Shown here: positions 1 to 11,726 of the stretch, one piece after another
How positions within the stretch are numbered: the stretch's first letter is position 1
Layout: each line of letters opens with the position of its first letter
DNA from: Octopus sinensis
Taxonomy: Eukaryota
DNA length: 64,000 nt
Direction of reading: 5' to 3'
Assembly (NCBI RefSeq): GCF_006345805.1
Contig: NC_043002.1
Coordinates: forward strand, 45,880,001-45,944,000
Notes under the pieces: model-generated
Told to the model about the DNA's origin: nothing
Seen by the model: only the letters and a program-made list of their open reading frames with translations
Database searches by the model: none
Made by a program: the position numbers and the translations under genes

Positions 1-36
1 CCTCCCCTCGTTTTGACATGCACTTACTCTCTAGGC

Positions 37-261
37 CAGGGGTGGGCAAACTACGGCCCGCGGGCTGCATGCGGCCCGCCATAGGTTTTCATGCGGCCCG
101 CCGAGAGGAATATTTCACAAAATTTCCTTTCAATCAATTGTGTGTTTATAGGTCTATAACCGCCTTTAAAAATATTTTCACTTGATTTTTATAAATGAGG
201 CCCGCCAAGGTTCCAAAGACGCACTGTGCAGCCCGCGATCAAAAAAGTTTGCCCACCCCTG
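37..261. mobile_element. Non-autonomous hAT (Buster/Charlie-type) MITE, 225 bp
   Basis: Perfect 16-bp TIRs CAGGGGTGGGCAAACT (37-52) and AGTTTGCCCACCCCTG (246-261); identical 8-bp TSD CTCTAGGC at 29-36 and 262-269. Confidence 0.93.
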
Positions 262-689
262 CTCTAGGCCATCCACCTCTGTTACAATGGATGGTACTGG
301 GCCTACATGTACTCAAGGAACCCTTCAGGGGGCCTTGGTACAAATATGTCTAGTGCTTTTATTGAATAGCCTCCTACACTCAACTATCGCTGTCTATACA
401 AAGAGTCAATATTCCCTGTCTTGTCTTCTTGTGTAAATGAAAATCTTTCAAAGAGTGCAAATCTAGAGAAGCTAACTCTCTCTCTCTTATTTCTGTCACT
501 ATCATCAAACACTTGTCCCTTTCACCCACATCCTAGTTTCCTCCATAGTCATTTTATCCATTAGTCACCCTCTTATTCAAGTTGCATTGATTGAATGGAC
601 ATAGCATAAAATAGCAAAGTCACCATTAGTCTTACAGGACAAAAGACAATAGTATTGCTTGCTTCATGCCCTTGCTTGATGGTGCTGGG

Positions 690-960
690 ATCATTTCAAG
701 TCAATGGTCACAGAGACATCACCATGCAGAGAACCAACCAGGTCCACCAATGCTTTCCGTTATTGACAGTCCTGCGCCAGCCCCTCTGCATCTTCCAAGG
801 TGACGTTGAGTCTCTGAAGATCTTCCTTAATCACATCCAGCAATTCAGTGTGGGGCCTGCCACAAGGCCTCTTCCAGCCCACAGTTGCAATGCTGAATGA
901 GAGTAAAGCCCTGGCAGGCTGATCAGGAGGGAGACAAAAGATATGTACTCCCTATGCACC
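690..960 (-). mobile_element. RTE-clade LINE, C-terminal ORF fragment
   Basis: Minus strand reads PDQPARALLSFSIATVGWKRPCGRPHTELLDVIKEDLQRLNVTLEDAEGLAQ, matching the G.R..GRP..W.D.I..DL pattern at the end of RTE ORFs. Confidence 0.65.
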
Positions 961-1246
961 AACAGTATTGGTGGATGATAAAACACAGCCCATGCACTTT
1001 GTAAATTGATTAGTGATCAGATTGAGAGGACATTCATTTGAGAGAATTCTTTAACCTTGTTGAGGACATCACACCATCTTTAAAGCTGATGCTATGATAA
1101 CACATACCCAAGTACACTTTGCAAAACACTTGGTGAAGAGAAGAGTATCTGGTCAGAGAAACCAAGCAAAAGAGAAATGTATCAACAATGATGTTGATGG
1201 TGGTTCTAAAAACATTCTCAAATTTGGATAAATTTGTATTCTGAAT

Positions 1247-1400
1247 GGCATGGCTGTGCTTCCAACCATGTGATTTCAGGTTCTGTCCCACTGCACAGTA
1301 CTTGGGCAAGTGTCTCCTACTATAACCCCCGGTTACCTAATAACTTGTGAGTGGATTTCATAGATGGAAACCGAAAAAAGCTTGGCATGTGTGTGTGCAT
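1247..1400 (+). mobile_element. tRNA-derived SINE, 5' fragment (family 1)
   Basis: Matches the head of the fuller copies at 26003-26409 and 51833-52190 (GGCTGTG...GGTTC.GTCCCACTG...TTGGGCAAGTGTCT...TTGTGAGTGGATTT). Confidence 0.75.
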
Positions 1401-2136
1401 GCACCCTTGTCTTGGCATCACATGAGGGCTGTAAACAAATATCATATACATATATATATATATATATTATATATATATATATATATAAATATATATAAAT
1501 AAATATATATAAATATATATAAATATATATATAAATATAAATAAATATAAATAAATAAATAAATAAATAAATATAAATAAATAAATAACTAAATATATAT
1601 ATATATATATGGATAAAAGTTTACAAGAAACTACATACCTATCGCCATCATCATTTTGATGTTCATTTTTCAAGACTTTATTGAGACATACTTTCTATGG
1701 CCAGATGCTCTTCCTGTTGCTAACTCTTACCTTGTTCCAAGTAAGGTAACATTTCCCCATGGCCAAAGAGATTTTCACAGAGTATTGAAAATGGAAAACA
1801 TTCATTTACAAAACTCATGTGATATCAACAGAAGGAGACACACACATTCACAGACACACATGCACATACACACACATGCATGTGCATGCACACACACACA
1901 TACACACAATCAGGAGGACACAAAATCTTGTGTCATTTTATCATGATCTTACATAATCTTATGTTTTAATCGAAGATGGAGACGAATACTGATGTTCCAT
2001 GTGGCAGGTTTGATAATTGTTAAGGGATCTATCTCTTAACATAAAATTAATGGTAGTCTTAACCCATAAATAAAGAATTTTTAGAAAATTACAATTTCTA
2101 AATCTCAAAACAAGAGATATTCAGTAACAGTACTTT

Positions 2137-2517
2137 AGAGTAAAGATTGTTTGCCAACATAACATTGCAGTCCTAGTTTAGGATGAATGCTGCTGTAATT
2201 TAGCCACAGGAGACATCATCTCCAGCTGGCTATACAACATGATCTGTGTCTCTATATTTTCGAACAAAGGAATCTAGCACCCCCACTCAGCTCAAAACAA
2301 TATCTGTGTATTGTGATGAAGGGAAATAACCCGGAAATCGCAATAGACGGATGTTGTTTTAAGCTGAGTGGGGGTGCTACATTTCCATGTTCGAAAATAT
2401 AAGGACACAGATTGTGTCATATGGCCAGATGGAAATGATGTCTCCTGGGACTAAATTACAACAACATTCGTCCTAAAATAGGACTGCCATGTTATGTTGA
2501 CAAACAATCTTTACTCT
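2137..2517. repeat. ~380-bp imperfect palindrome (foldback)
   Basis: Left arm AGAGTAAAGATTGTTTG...CTAGCACCCCCACTCAGCTCAAAACAA mirrors right arm TTGTTTTAAGCTGAGTGGGGGTGCTAC...CAAACAATCTTTACTCT; 6-nt loop AAATAA at 2324-2329. Confidence 0.92.
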
Positions 2518-2584
2518 CAAGAATTTTTATTCCCCACTGTGGTGTTGAGCACTCATTCTCACTGACTGATATCAACATACACAT

Positions 2585-2627
2585 ATCTATATATGTGTAT
2601 ATATATATTATATATATATATATTATA

Positions 2628-2721
<94 letters not shown>

Positions 2722-2725
2722 CATA
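2585..2725. repeat. (TA)n/(TATATAC)n microsatellite, representative of many in the window
   Basis: Direct inspection. Similar tracts near 1445-1610, 3830-4140, 5445-5625, 8035-8090, 27155-27195, 44300-44440 and 57255-57420 account for the many YIYIYI ORFs. Confidence 0.97.
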
Positions 2726-2729
2726 TAAA

Positions 2730-3370
2730 ATATTATTCGAGACAAAACCACTATTTTGCAAAACAAACAAGGAAAGACTTAATCAATACATAAAATTTTA
2801 ATAAATAGTCAAAAAAACCGCCACTACAATCGTTTCTTGTCTTGATCGACAATCTTCAGGTGGACTTGACAGGAGATGGAATATACAAGAATATATTATT
2901 AATTACAATTGTTTCGACACATCTAGCATCAACTCCTATTGTGGGACACACAAAAACTGGTTCAAGAGTATCCACTGGTGCAGACGTATCTTGTTGGGTG
3001 ATAAATAAATTAATAAACTCGTTAAAATGACTGTTCCAGAATGCAACTTTCCATTTTGTAGAGAGAAAAACAGCTAGACAGAGGAACATTCTTCATATAT
3101 ATAGAAGATCCAAAAATAAAATTGCAGCAGACAAAAAGAGAAACAAACACTTAATCCAGCGAGAAAAGTATTGAAAAAATAATTAATTAATTCCATATTG
3201 GAATAGTATTCAATTTAAGTCTAAGGGAAGAGGTAATATCAGTTGCAGATGCAAATTGGAGGTATTTGTGTTCAGATAAGGGTGTCAACTATGGGGTGTA
3301 GGCATGTATGGGTTATGATGTATTAGGTTGTTTAGCTATAGTAAATTACATTATATTATACTCAATTATC
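2730..3370 (-). mobile_element. Probable Penelope-like element terminal (pLTR) fragment carrying a hammerhead motif
   Basis: AT-rich non-coding segment containing a complete minimal type I hammerhead, a feature known from Penelope-like element termini. No recognisable ORF is left, so the class is inferred. Confidence 0.5.
2821..2863 (-). ncRNA. Minimal type I hammerhead ribozyme
   Basis: Minus strand CCAC-CTGAAGA-TTGTC-gatcaa-GACAA-GAAA-C-gatt-GTA-GTGG: stem I CCAC/GTGG, core CUGAAGA and GAAA, perfect 5-bp stem II, short stem III, GUA cleavage triplet. Confidence 0.85.
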
Positions 3371-3394
3371 CGATTGTACATAATGGTTTATGTC

Positions 3395-3822
3395 ACACCC
3401 TAGCAGTTGAGGGAATCTATAGAAGAGGTAGACCCAGGAAGACCTAGGATCAGGTGGTGAAGCACAACCTTCGAACACTGGGCCTCACCGAGGCAATGAC
3501 TAGTAACCGAGACTGGCTCCCATGCCGGTGGCATGTAAAGAGCACCATTTGAGCGTGATCGTTGTCAGTGTCACCTTACTGGCATGTAAAATACATCTGA
3601 GCGTGGTCATTCTCAGTACCGCCTGACTGGCCCTCATGCCGGTGGGATGTAAAAGCACTCACTACACTTTTGGAGTAGTTGGCGTTAGGAAGGGCATCCA
3701 TCTGTAGAAACTTTGCCAGATCAGATTGGAGCCTAGCACAGCCTTCTGGCTCAATAGTCCTCAGTCAAACCATCCAATCCATGCCAGCATGGAAAGCGGA
3801 CGTTAAATGATGATGATGATGA
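3395..3822 (+). mobile_element. RTE LINE 3' end (ORF end, internally deleted 3' UTR, (GAT)n tail)
   Basis: Homologous to 27205-28015 and to the reverse complement of 11727-12720; ends GCGGACGTTAAATGATGATGATGATGAT. Confidence 0.85.
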
Positions 3823-4149
3823 TACATATACACACAAACATACTCACACACATATATATATATACATACACACACTTACATATATATATATATACATATA
3901 CACTCAAACAATGCACATTCATACATACAGACACAATACGCATATTCACCTATACATACAAAGCTCTATACCTACACATACTTACCCACACAGAAATAGG
4001 GTTACAACTGCATGTACTTATATGTGCACACACACACATGCACAGATACACACATACATGTATACATACATATATACATCTGCACACACAGCATACATGC
4101 ATATATTCGTACATACATCCATACACACAAAAGTATATACAGGTATCTA

Positions 4150-5420
4150 CCTAGAAAAGGTTAATCGCAAACTAGTTAGAGTGGGAAGAACCAGGGCATA
4201 TAGCGCAATGGGGGAATATGGCAAGCATTGTATGGTGACCATGTACAGGAAGGTATTAATAATATGAATATTGTTATTATGATACGAATAAGGAGGGGCG
4301 CTAGTGCTAGTGGGGGTTAAATAACTAGTAGTAATGGTATTTAGAAAAGGTGTGCTTGGTCTTGTGAAGGCAGGAATTGTTTCTCTCCTAAAGAGAATTA
4401 ATAAGTGGAAGGTTGGTTTTAATTATGAAGAAAATTTCATTTACACATAGCATACATTTCCTATTCTTTGTACTATACACTGGTGCTGTGGTTAAAATCT
4501 TCCAATGTAGGTTATAATCAATTCCCCTATCCTTAAGTTTCCATACATAGTTGCTCAATCCCATTGAATTTCTCCTATTTCTGTTTCTAAAGGTGTACCT
4601 AAGGTGATTAAGTCTATGTTTCATATTATTCTGGGTTGCTCCTACATATACCTTATTACCAGATTGCGTACTTACTACATATTGATATACTACTTACTTT
4701 CTAATGCAATTATTGTTGAATACACATTTCCTGCTAATTCTACAATCACAGGTTCTATATAGCTGTGTGGGTAACATTAGGTATTGCATTGTTGGTGCTG
4801 TGTCTATTGTTGATACTAATAATGATATTGAGGCTGTTAATATTGCTTGTATCACTATTATTATTGTTGTTGTTATTATTGATTTTGATATTACTATTGT
4901 TATTATTATTATTAGTAGTATTATTATCATTATTGATTTTAATATTACTATTATTGTTGTTATTATTTTTTTTTTCAACCAACACCGCTATTACTACTAT
5001 TATTACCATCATTACTATTATTATTATTGTGGCTATTGTTATTTTTAGTGTGCATATTACTGTTATTATTTTTTCTACTTAAATAGGTGTCCAGTTTTCT
5101 ATTGTTTATTAAGGAGATGATGGTAGCCAGATTATGTGTTAAATTGTATCCTATTCTTATTGTTTTGTTGTTAATTATCTCCCAGTATTTGTTTTTTCCT
5201 TATATAAAATGTTTGTTAAATCTAAATATTGTTTTAACTATGTTATTCTTAATTTGCATAGGAAATGGGATGATTAACCTGACGGTGTCATTTTCCTTCT
5301 TTCCATGATTGGGATTTTTTATGTTATGTGTATTGTTAGTTTTTATTTTTATTACTATTATAATTATTGTTATAATTATTATTGTCTTTATTATTATTAT
5401 TAATGTCATTATTATTGCTT
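4150..5420 (-). mobile_element. Penelope-like retroelement remnant (linker plus GIY-YIG endonuclease)
   Basis: Minus strand reads VVYQYVVSTQSGNKVYVGATQNNMKHR (GIY...YIG motif), then LSNYVWKLK...WKIL...KCMLC..E (ORF 4388-4624); Asn-rich microsatellite linker at 4700-5050. Confidence 0.85.
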
Positions 5421-5623
5421 CCCAACCTCTAACTCACACAGAAATATATATATATACACACACATATATATATACATATGTATATATGCATATACACACA
5501 CATATATATATATATAATATATATACATATACATATATATATATACATATATATATACACGTATATATATACATATACATATATGTATGCATGTATATAT
5601 ACACATATATATACATATACATA

Positions 5624-6105
5624 TGTAGCGGCACAAGCAGTCAGCGCCATATTGGATGAAATCTCATGGCAGCTATTGCTTTCTCCAAGACTGGAACGAG
5701 ACGTCACCTGCATCCATTTGCCATGCACAAGATCACGAGGCTCGCGATGGCAAACTGTATATAAGGGCAAAACAGAAACAGATTCAGCCTTTTCCTTTCC
5801 GCCTCTTAGCAGCAGCGCTTGCTGATTGCTCTCCTTTGGCTAGGCCTGTCTGTATGTTATACCTCCAGAGGCAATGTGTTCACACTAACGGAGCTATTAC
5901 ACAACGCACACAGCTAAAGATGGTTGCTGAGAGCAGCACACTTCATCTATCCTGTGAACCCTGTAAATAAACCAGTTGTAAATTGCATTTGTACTTAAAG
6001 ACTCTCTCTCTTTGCCTGCCAGAGCCTGAACTACACAAAGAACAAAAAGAGATAATGGAAGAAGGCGATATTCTCCCGATATCGTAAACCTTGCCATCCA
6101 TTATA
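5624..6105 (+). mobile_element. Gypsy-like 5' LTR
   Basis: Begins TGTAGCGG and ends CCATTATA (degenerate inverted termini); internal AATAAA; followed by the PBS-like TGGTGACCC at 6109-6117 and a gag remnant. Confidence 0.6.
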
Positions 6106-6639
6106 AAATGGTGACCCTCGATGTAGAAAAGGTTTTTTTCCACAGTCACAGGTTTCATTGCATAGATGCTCAACCGAATCACAGTCTGGCAGTTTTCACT
6201 TGCTTCCGACTGGTAAACACATCAATGGCCACGACTCCAGCCGTCCATCAACTTCTGGCAAATCACCCATCAACTTCCAGCCATTGTTCCTGTTTCCACA
6301 TTTGAATTGCCCCACGTGGAAACAGAATTTTACCGGTCGCACGCCACTTTCTGGCAATTTTTTAACTGACAAAAGAAGAAAAAAATATATTTATTGGTAG
6401 AAGCACACACATACCATTACAGTGTGCTTTTTTTTGCATTTTTTTTTGTTTCTTTCAGCACAAAAGAAAAAACAGGTTTGGCTACGAAATTTTTTCTTGT
6501 CTGTGCATTCAGTACACAATTCTATAAATTTTGTTCAGAATTATTTTTCTCGCACACATGCTACTATTTCCAACAACACTTTTGTCAGTTTTTTTGTCCA
6601 TTTCTTTTTCTCCTCTGACGGAAAAAAAAACACACAAAA

Positions 6640-7115
6640 AAAATGTAATCACCCAATCTTCCTCATTTCACTGGTGATGTCACGCTTTGGTTCGCTCAGT
6701 TGGAGGTGTATTTTGCAGCACACGCTGTATCTTTGCAGCAACAGTTAAATCTTCTCTTTTGTAGCATTCCAGCATCACTCGCTACTTCAGTCAGGGATCT
6801 TATCACTGATCCTCATCAAGGTGCATTAGTCAAATCCAAGGTGCTCTGACGGAACACCAAATCCGCGGAGTCTAAGTTTAAGCAGCTTATGCAAGATGAG
6901 GAGTTAGGAGACAGGATGCCATCTCAATTTTTACGGCATCTCCATGAGCCCAGTGACAAGACTGAGGACAACTCGCTTTTATAGAAGTTTTTCTTCTCCA
7001 AGCTCCCTCCCAATGTGCAAACCATCTTAGCCACAGCGGTTGATACCAACACCGCAGATCAACTAGCTACCATGGCTGATAAGATTTTAGAGTTCGCTAT
7101 CCAGCCAGCACCTAG
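6640..7115 (+). pseudogene. Ty3/Gypsy gag-like remnant
   Basis: Translates to WFAQLEVYFAAHAVS ... DEELGDRMPSQFLRHL ... LPPNVQTILA ... QLATMADKILE, the characteristic invertebrate Gypsy gag motifs; interrupted by stops and frameshifts. Confidence 0.8.
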
Positions 7116-7124
7116 TAAAATGTA

Positions 7125-7331
7125 AATGTAAGAAGAAAATTAATGTATAAATTATATATAATGATAGATATCATTTATATGAACTAAAGGTGTGTTTATT
7201 CTTTTTTCTAAAAATCCCCTTGTAAACACGGTTATAGAGTGTGCATACAGATGTAAACATTGGCAGAAACACACCTTTAGTTCACATAAGTGATATCTAT
7301 CATTATATATAATTAATTTTCTTCTTACATT
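7125..7331. repeat. Inverted repeat (~70-bp arms) at the start of a Penelope-like terminal fragment
   Basis: Arm 7125-7197 (AATGTAAGAAGAAAAT...ATGATAGATATCA...GAACTAAAGGTGTGTTT) is the near reverse complement of 7267-7331. Confidence 0.9.
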
Positions 7332-7565
7332 TCACATTCACTAGATATATCTTTTTCCAAGACTTTAGAGTTATATCTAATTTACATATCATTATATACT
7401 TCTCATTTATTTGTTTTTTTCTTTCCTTTACCCCTCCTCTTTCTATATAGGCTACCTTTGACATTATATCCTCTTTTTTTTGTTTAAAACAAACTTAATA
7501 GCGTTCAGTTAATCACTATACATATCCATCATATTCTGTTAAAATGTCTTATTGATGAGTTTCAT

Positions 7566-7664
7566 TTCTTCATTTCCCTGAAGAGAAGATTGCATTGTTT
7601 TACATTTTATTCATTTGGAATAAAACCAGTGATATCTTTGAAACATGTGTCGGAAGTAAAAGAA
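7566..7664 (+). ncRNA. Type I hammerhead ribozyme with palindromic short stem III (Penelope-type)
   Basis: ATTTCC-CTGAAGA(7578-7584)-GAAGAT...TTTTATTC attt G GAATAAAA...ATCTTT-GAAA(7640-7643)-CATGT-GTC-GGAAGT: stem I ATTTCC/GGAAGT, extended stem II, palindrome ACATGT, GUC cleavage triplet. Confidence 0.8.
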
Positions 7665-7699
7665 TTTGAATAACACCTGTGTTTAACTCCATTTATTTA

Positions 7700-8030
7700 C
7701 CGTAAATTCTGGACTACAGAGCGCACCTGATTAAAAACCGCATGCTCTAATTTTAGAAAGAAAATCAATTTTGTATTTGTACAGGCTGCACCAGATTTTA
7801 AGCCACAGGTGTCCAGCATTGTAAGATGAGATATTTACACAGAAAGATATTACATGTGAGGATATTTTAACTTTTAATTTAATCCATATGGTAACATAAA
7901 CACATTGTAAATGCTTTTTTTTCGCACAGTGCCTGTAACACGGGTACCTTTAAATATATGTATGTATCAGTAACACACAAATTACATTGCTTATGTTTTT
8001 TTACTGAACAGTGCATGAACAACATTCCTC

Positions 8031-8087
<57 letters not shown>

Positions 8088-9636
8088 TGCAGCCTACCAG
8101 GTCAAAAGTCATTGATCGCCTTCTTCATCTTCTTGCGCACTGAAATCATCAGAATCCTCTTCTTCAGTGTCCAAATTGAACAGCCTCAGGATCTCGTCAC
8201 TCACTTCAACCTCTTCATTGTCGCTCTCACTTGAGTGCACCTGGTCCTCTTCATCATGCAGCAGTCCAGCTTTTCGAAACCCGTTGGTGATGGTGGATGT
8301 TTTGACACAGCTTCACGCATTTAGGATCCACTGGCAGACTTGAGTAAAAGATGCCATTCGCATGTGGCCTGTTTTAGTGAAGGATTTCTCGCCACTTGTC
8401 ATCCAATCCTCCCACTCACGGTGCAGTGCCACTTTAAATGCCTGGTTCACATTGATGTTCAGAGGCTGCAAATACTTAGTGGTGCCCCCAGGAATCACAG
8501 CTGGAATTGAGTTTGTACTCTTGATGGCAGCTTTCACTGAATCTGTTATATGGGCTGTCCATAACGAGCAATGCTTTTTTTTGTGTGAAAAAATCCCCCA
8601 GGTCGCTTGGCATAGCACTCTTTGAGCCAATCTTTCATTAAGCTCTCCATCATCCAACCTTTCTTATTGACTTTCACCAATTTCTTTGGGGAACTTTTCC
8701 TTTGGCATTGTCATCCACTTAAAAATCACCATTGGTGGAAGCTTTAGTCTAGATGCTGTGCAGCTCAGAAAACAGGTAAAATGAGTTCTCTCATGGCCAC
8801 TTGTTTTCAGTGTGATGGACGAATCACCTTTTTTATTAACAGTCCGAGTGAGAGGCAGGTCAAATGTCAAAGGTACTTCATCCATATTTATGATATTTTC
8901 TGACCCAATAGAATTCTCTGCTATCTTTGTTTGAGTGAATGTGCGAAAGTTAACAAGTTTTTCCTCATAGTCAGGAGGGAGCTGCTGGCACAAAATCGTG
9001 CATGCCCTGACGGACAGGCCTTTTCTTCTCATAAATCTAAAACACCATGATGGCCCACCTCTAAAATCTTCAATTTTCATTTCGGTGGTGATTGTTTTAG
9101 CCTTCAGTCTGATCTGCATGGTGAAAACACTGTAGCTGCTTGCTCTCCGTGTGTTAACTCAGTCTTCAAGAAAGTTTTCAAGTTCAGGCCATCTGCTATG
9201 GTTACCTCTGAAGGATTTTGTTGTCTTTTTGCACTGACTCAGTTCTTCCTTCTGGCGTCTCCACCATCTCACCATCGATTCATTTATGCCAAATTTACAT
9301 GCAGCAGTTTGATTTCCTTCTTCAACTGCCAGATTGATTGCCTCCAACTTAAAAGCTGCATTATATGCTTTTCTTTGAGTGTTTTCCATGTTGATGAGGG
9401 TGAATACAGATGACAGCTTTACAATATCGGTAATTGAATTGTGAAAGTGCTCTTGATTTATCGCACAACTTCATTGGACCTCTGTGACCTACTCATCAAT
9501 TTGATTGGTCTACTGTTGTGAAGCAAAATGCTTTTTGCGACATGACAAAAAAAACATGTATTTGCTGCATCATAGTATTGGCCGCAATATTCAAAGTGTG
9601 GGAAAAAAGTAGCGGCTTATAGCCCGGAATTTACGG
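7700..9636 (-). mobile_element. Full-length pogo-family DNA transposon (POGK-like domain order), transposase decayed
   Basis: TIRs CCGTAAATTCTGGACTAC... and ...TATAGCCCGGAATTTACGG; TA on both sides. ORF pieces 9159-9389 (Brinker-like HTH), 8664-9119 (CENP-B HTH, NMDEVPLTFD) and 8313-8657 (DDE, YLQPLNINVNQAFK) are broken by stops and frameshifts. Confidence 0.92.
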
Positions 9637-10399
9637 TATATATATATATATACATATACACACACATATTACTTAAATGTAATACTACATAACAAAACTC
9701 CTAACTATTAGATAATATTTAGTCTTACAAAACTATTTCACAAATTAAATTATATTTAATATGTTAATTCACAATATAATAATAATAATAATGATGATAA
9801 TAATAATAATAATAATAAAATAAATATATGCATCGCAACTAATAACTATCAAGAAACAATATATAAATCAATATTTTAACAATAATAATCAAACACAATT
9901 CAATTCAAAAATGAAATAATATTGTTATCTAAATACGTTACTTATCGAAGAAACTTTTATAACTGAATTTTAAACATAAAAGTGTAGGCCTTAGCATTTA
10001 TAAGAAATTAAACTCATGAACGCATGTAAAAAGATAGAATAAATTTATTAATGAAAATAACGAAATATATTTATTAATGAAAATGATGAAAAATATTTAA
10101 GCTTCTAGAATCAAAGAATAAAAGAACAAAAAAACTATAAATGACTATTTACTATAAATTTAAAGTCCAAATAATTATGTAAAATATACATATTATATTT
10201 AAATTAATTTATATTACTATAATTAATATATCTAAATACATTTAATAGATCTTAATAAATTTATATATTCATTTATTTATTAAGAAATATCCAAGTTTAA
10301 ACGTATTCAAATATAGTAATATAACATATAATATCATGCTAATTTACACACTAATACTACTGAATTATATTTACAATAAATAAGTAACATAAAATAGAG

Positions 10400-10790
10400 T
10401 TTTATATATACAGAAAATTAGCCAAACCTATTATATAGGTAAATTAATTTATGTTTGCATTTAATCTTACGCTCTTCTAGTGAATTGACCAATAAATAAT
10501 CATTATTAAATAATATTTCCTTACATTCATCATTACACAATAAACAAGAATTACTCCCTATACAATTTGCCTTACAAATTATCTCCCAAGTTAATTTATA
10601 TTTAATACATTTAGATTTAAGTTCCCAAATATATTTACTGAGACCTGTTGAATTAATTAGATTTCTATTCCTAAAAGAATACATATGTTGAGCCACTCTT
10701 AATTTTATTCGAAGTCGACCCTATATAGATAGCATTTAAATTGTAATCATTCATATTATAATCATACATTAAAGTTACCATACATTTATA
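10400..10790 (-). mobile_element. Penelope-like GIY-YIG endonuclease remnant
   Basis: AIYIGSTSNKIK, then after a frameshift HMYSFRN...STGLSKYIWELK...WEII...CLLC..E (ORF 10418-10696). Confidence 0.85.
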
Positions 10791-11149
10791 AACTACATTA
10801 TCCAAAGTACAATTATAATTAAGCAATTCAATAGTGAAATACATTATCTATATTATATAGAAAATATTTAAATATACTATAATAAATATTATTTTAAAAA
10901 ATCAATAGATTAAATAAACATTAAATTGACTACATGCGTTTCGTGACTATATCTTTAAATCGATAATAATAAAATTGATAATATTAAAATTAATTCGATT
11001 TAAAAATAATAAAATAAACTTAGAACTTAGCGTTTCTAAGAAATCTATCACATGAAAACACTGTAGAATAAATAGATAGAAATATGTATTTTAGCTGTGA
11101 AAATAAGAAGTAAACAGGTGACTGATTTAGTATTTATTTATTATCTGAA

Positions 11150-11720
11150 CTTCAATTAGAAAAATTAAAGTTGGAGGGGGGATTATATAAGGATTACCTT
11201 TTATTACTACCCAAGAATTGCACCAATAGAACACTAGAATTATATAAGAAGAAACTATATAGTTTTTTTAAAAAGATATGGATTAGGTATTACTATATGT
11301 TAATTATTTAGATGCTAATAACAGGTAAAACCCAACCATTCAATGGTATTAATGAAAAACTTAGATATATTAAGGCTAATAGTAATCACCCACCCTCAAA
11401 TCATTGATAGATAATATAGGTAAAAGAATATTGATGCTTTCTTCTAATTTTGAGATTTTCCAAAAACACGCACCTTATCATAATGAAGCCTTGCGGGAGG
11501 CGGGATATAATAATAGTATTAAATTCTTTAATAATTGTAAATATAATTATAATATAAAAGATTATAATATAAATGATTCCTATGATATTTATAATAATAA
11601 ACCTAATATTAAGAATTATGATAAGTTTTATTTAGGTAATCATGGTTTTAATAATAGGTATTATGATAATACAAAAATAAATATAATAATAGACTAAAAG
11701 ATAAGAATAAATTTAATTCG
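11150..11720 (+). mobile_element. Penelope-like RT thumb/linker remnant, apparently continuing at 13655-13900 after nested insertions
   Basis: ANSNHPPS...NIGKRILMLSSNFEIFQKHAPYHNEALREAGY matches the PLE SNHPP...LSS..F....Y..AL..SGY motif. Confidence 0.75.
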
Positions 11721-11726
11721 TTTAAT

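Noticed and set aside
2305-2350. SECIS or hammerhead at the palindrome centre (TGATGAAGGG...CCCGGAAA)
   Set aside because: GTGATGA replaces CUGAUGA, there is no stem III or cleavage triplet, and the helix is too short for a SECIS. It is explained by the palindrome itself.
4704-5082. Long hydrophobic poly-Ile/Leu ORFs resembling membrane proteins
   Set aside because: These are translations of (ATT)n/(GTT)n microsatellite on the antisense strand of a Penelope linker.
1467-5825. Numerous YIYIYI/HTHT/CVCV ORFs here and elsewhere in the window
   Set aside because: Dinucleotide microsatellites lack stops in several frames; these are not genes.
10918-10950. Hammerhead half-site GAAACGCATGTAGTC on the minus strand
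   Set aside because: No matching CUGANGA and stem II could be found upstream; at most a decayed ribozyme.
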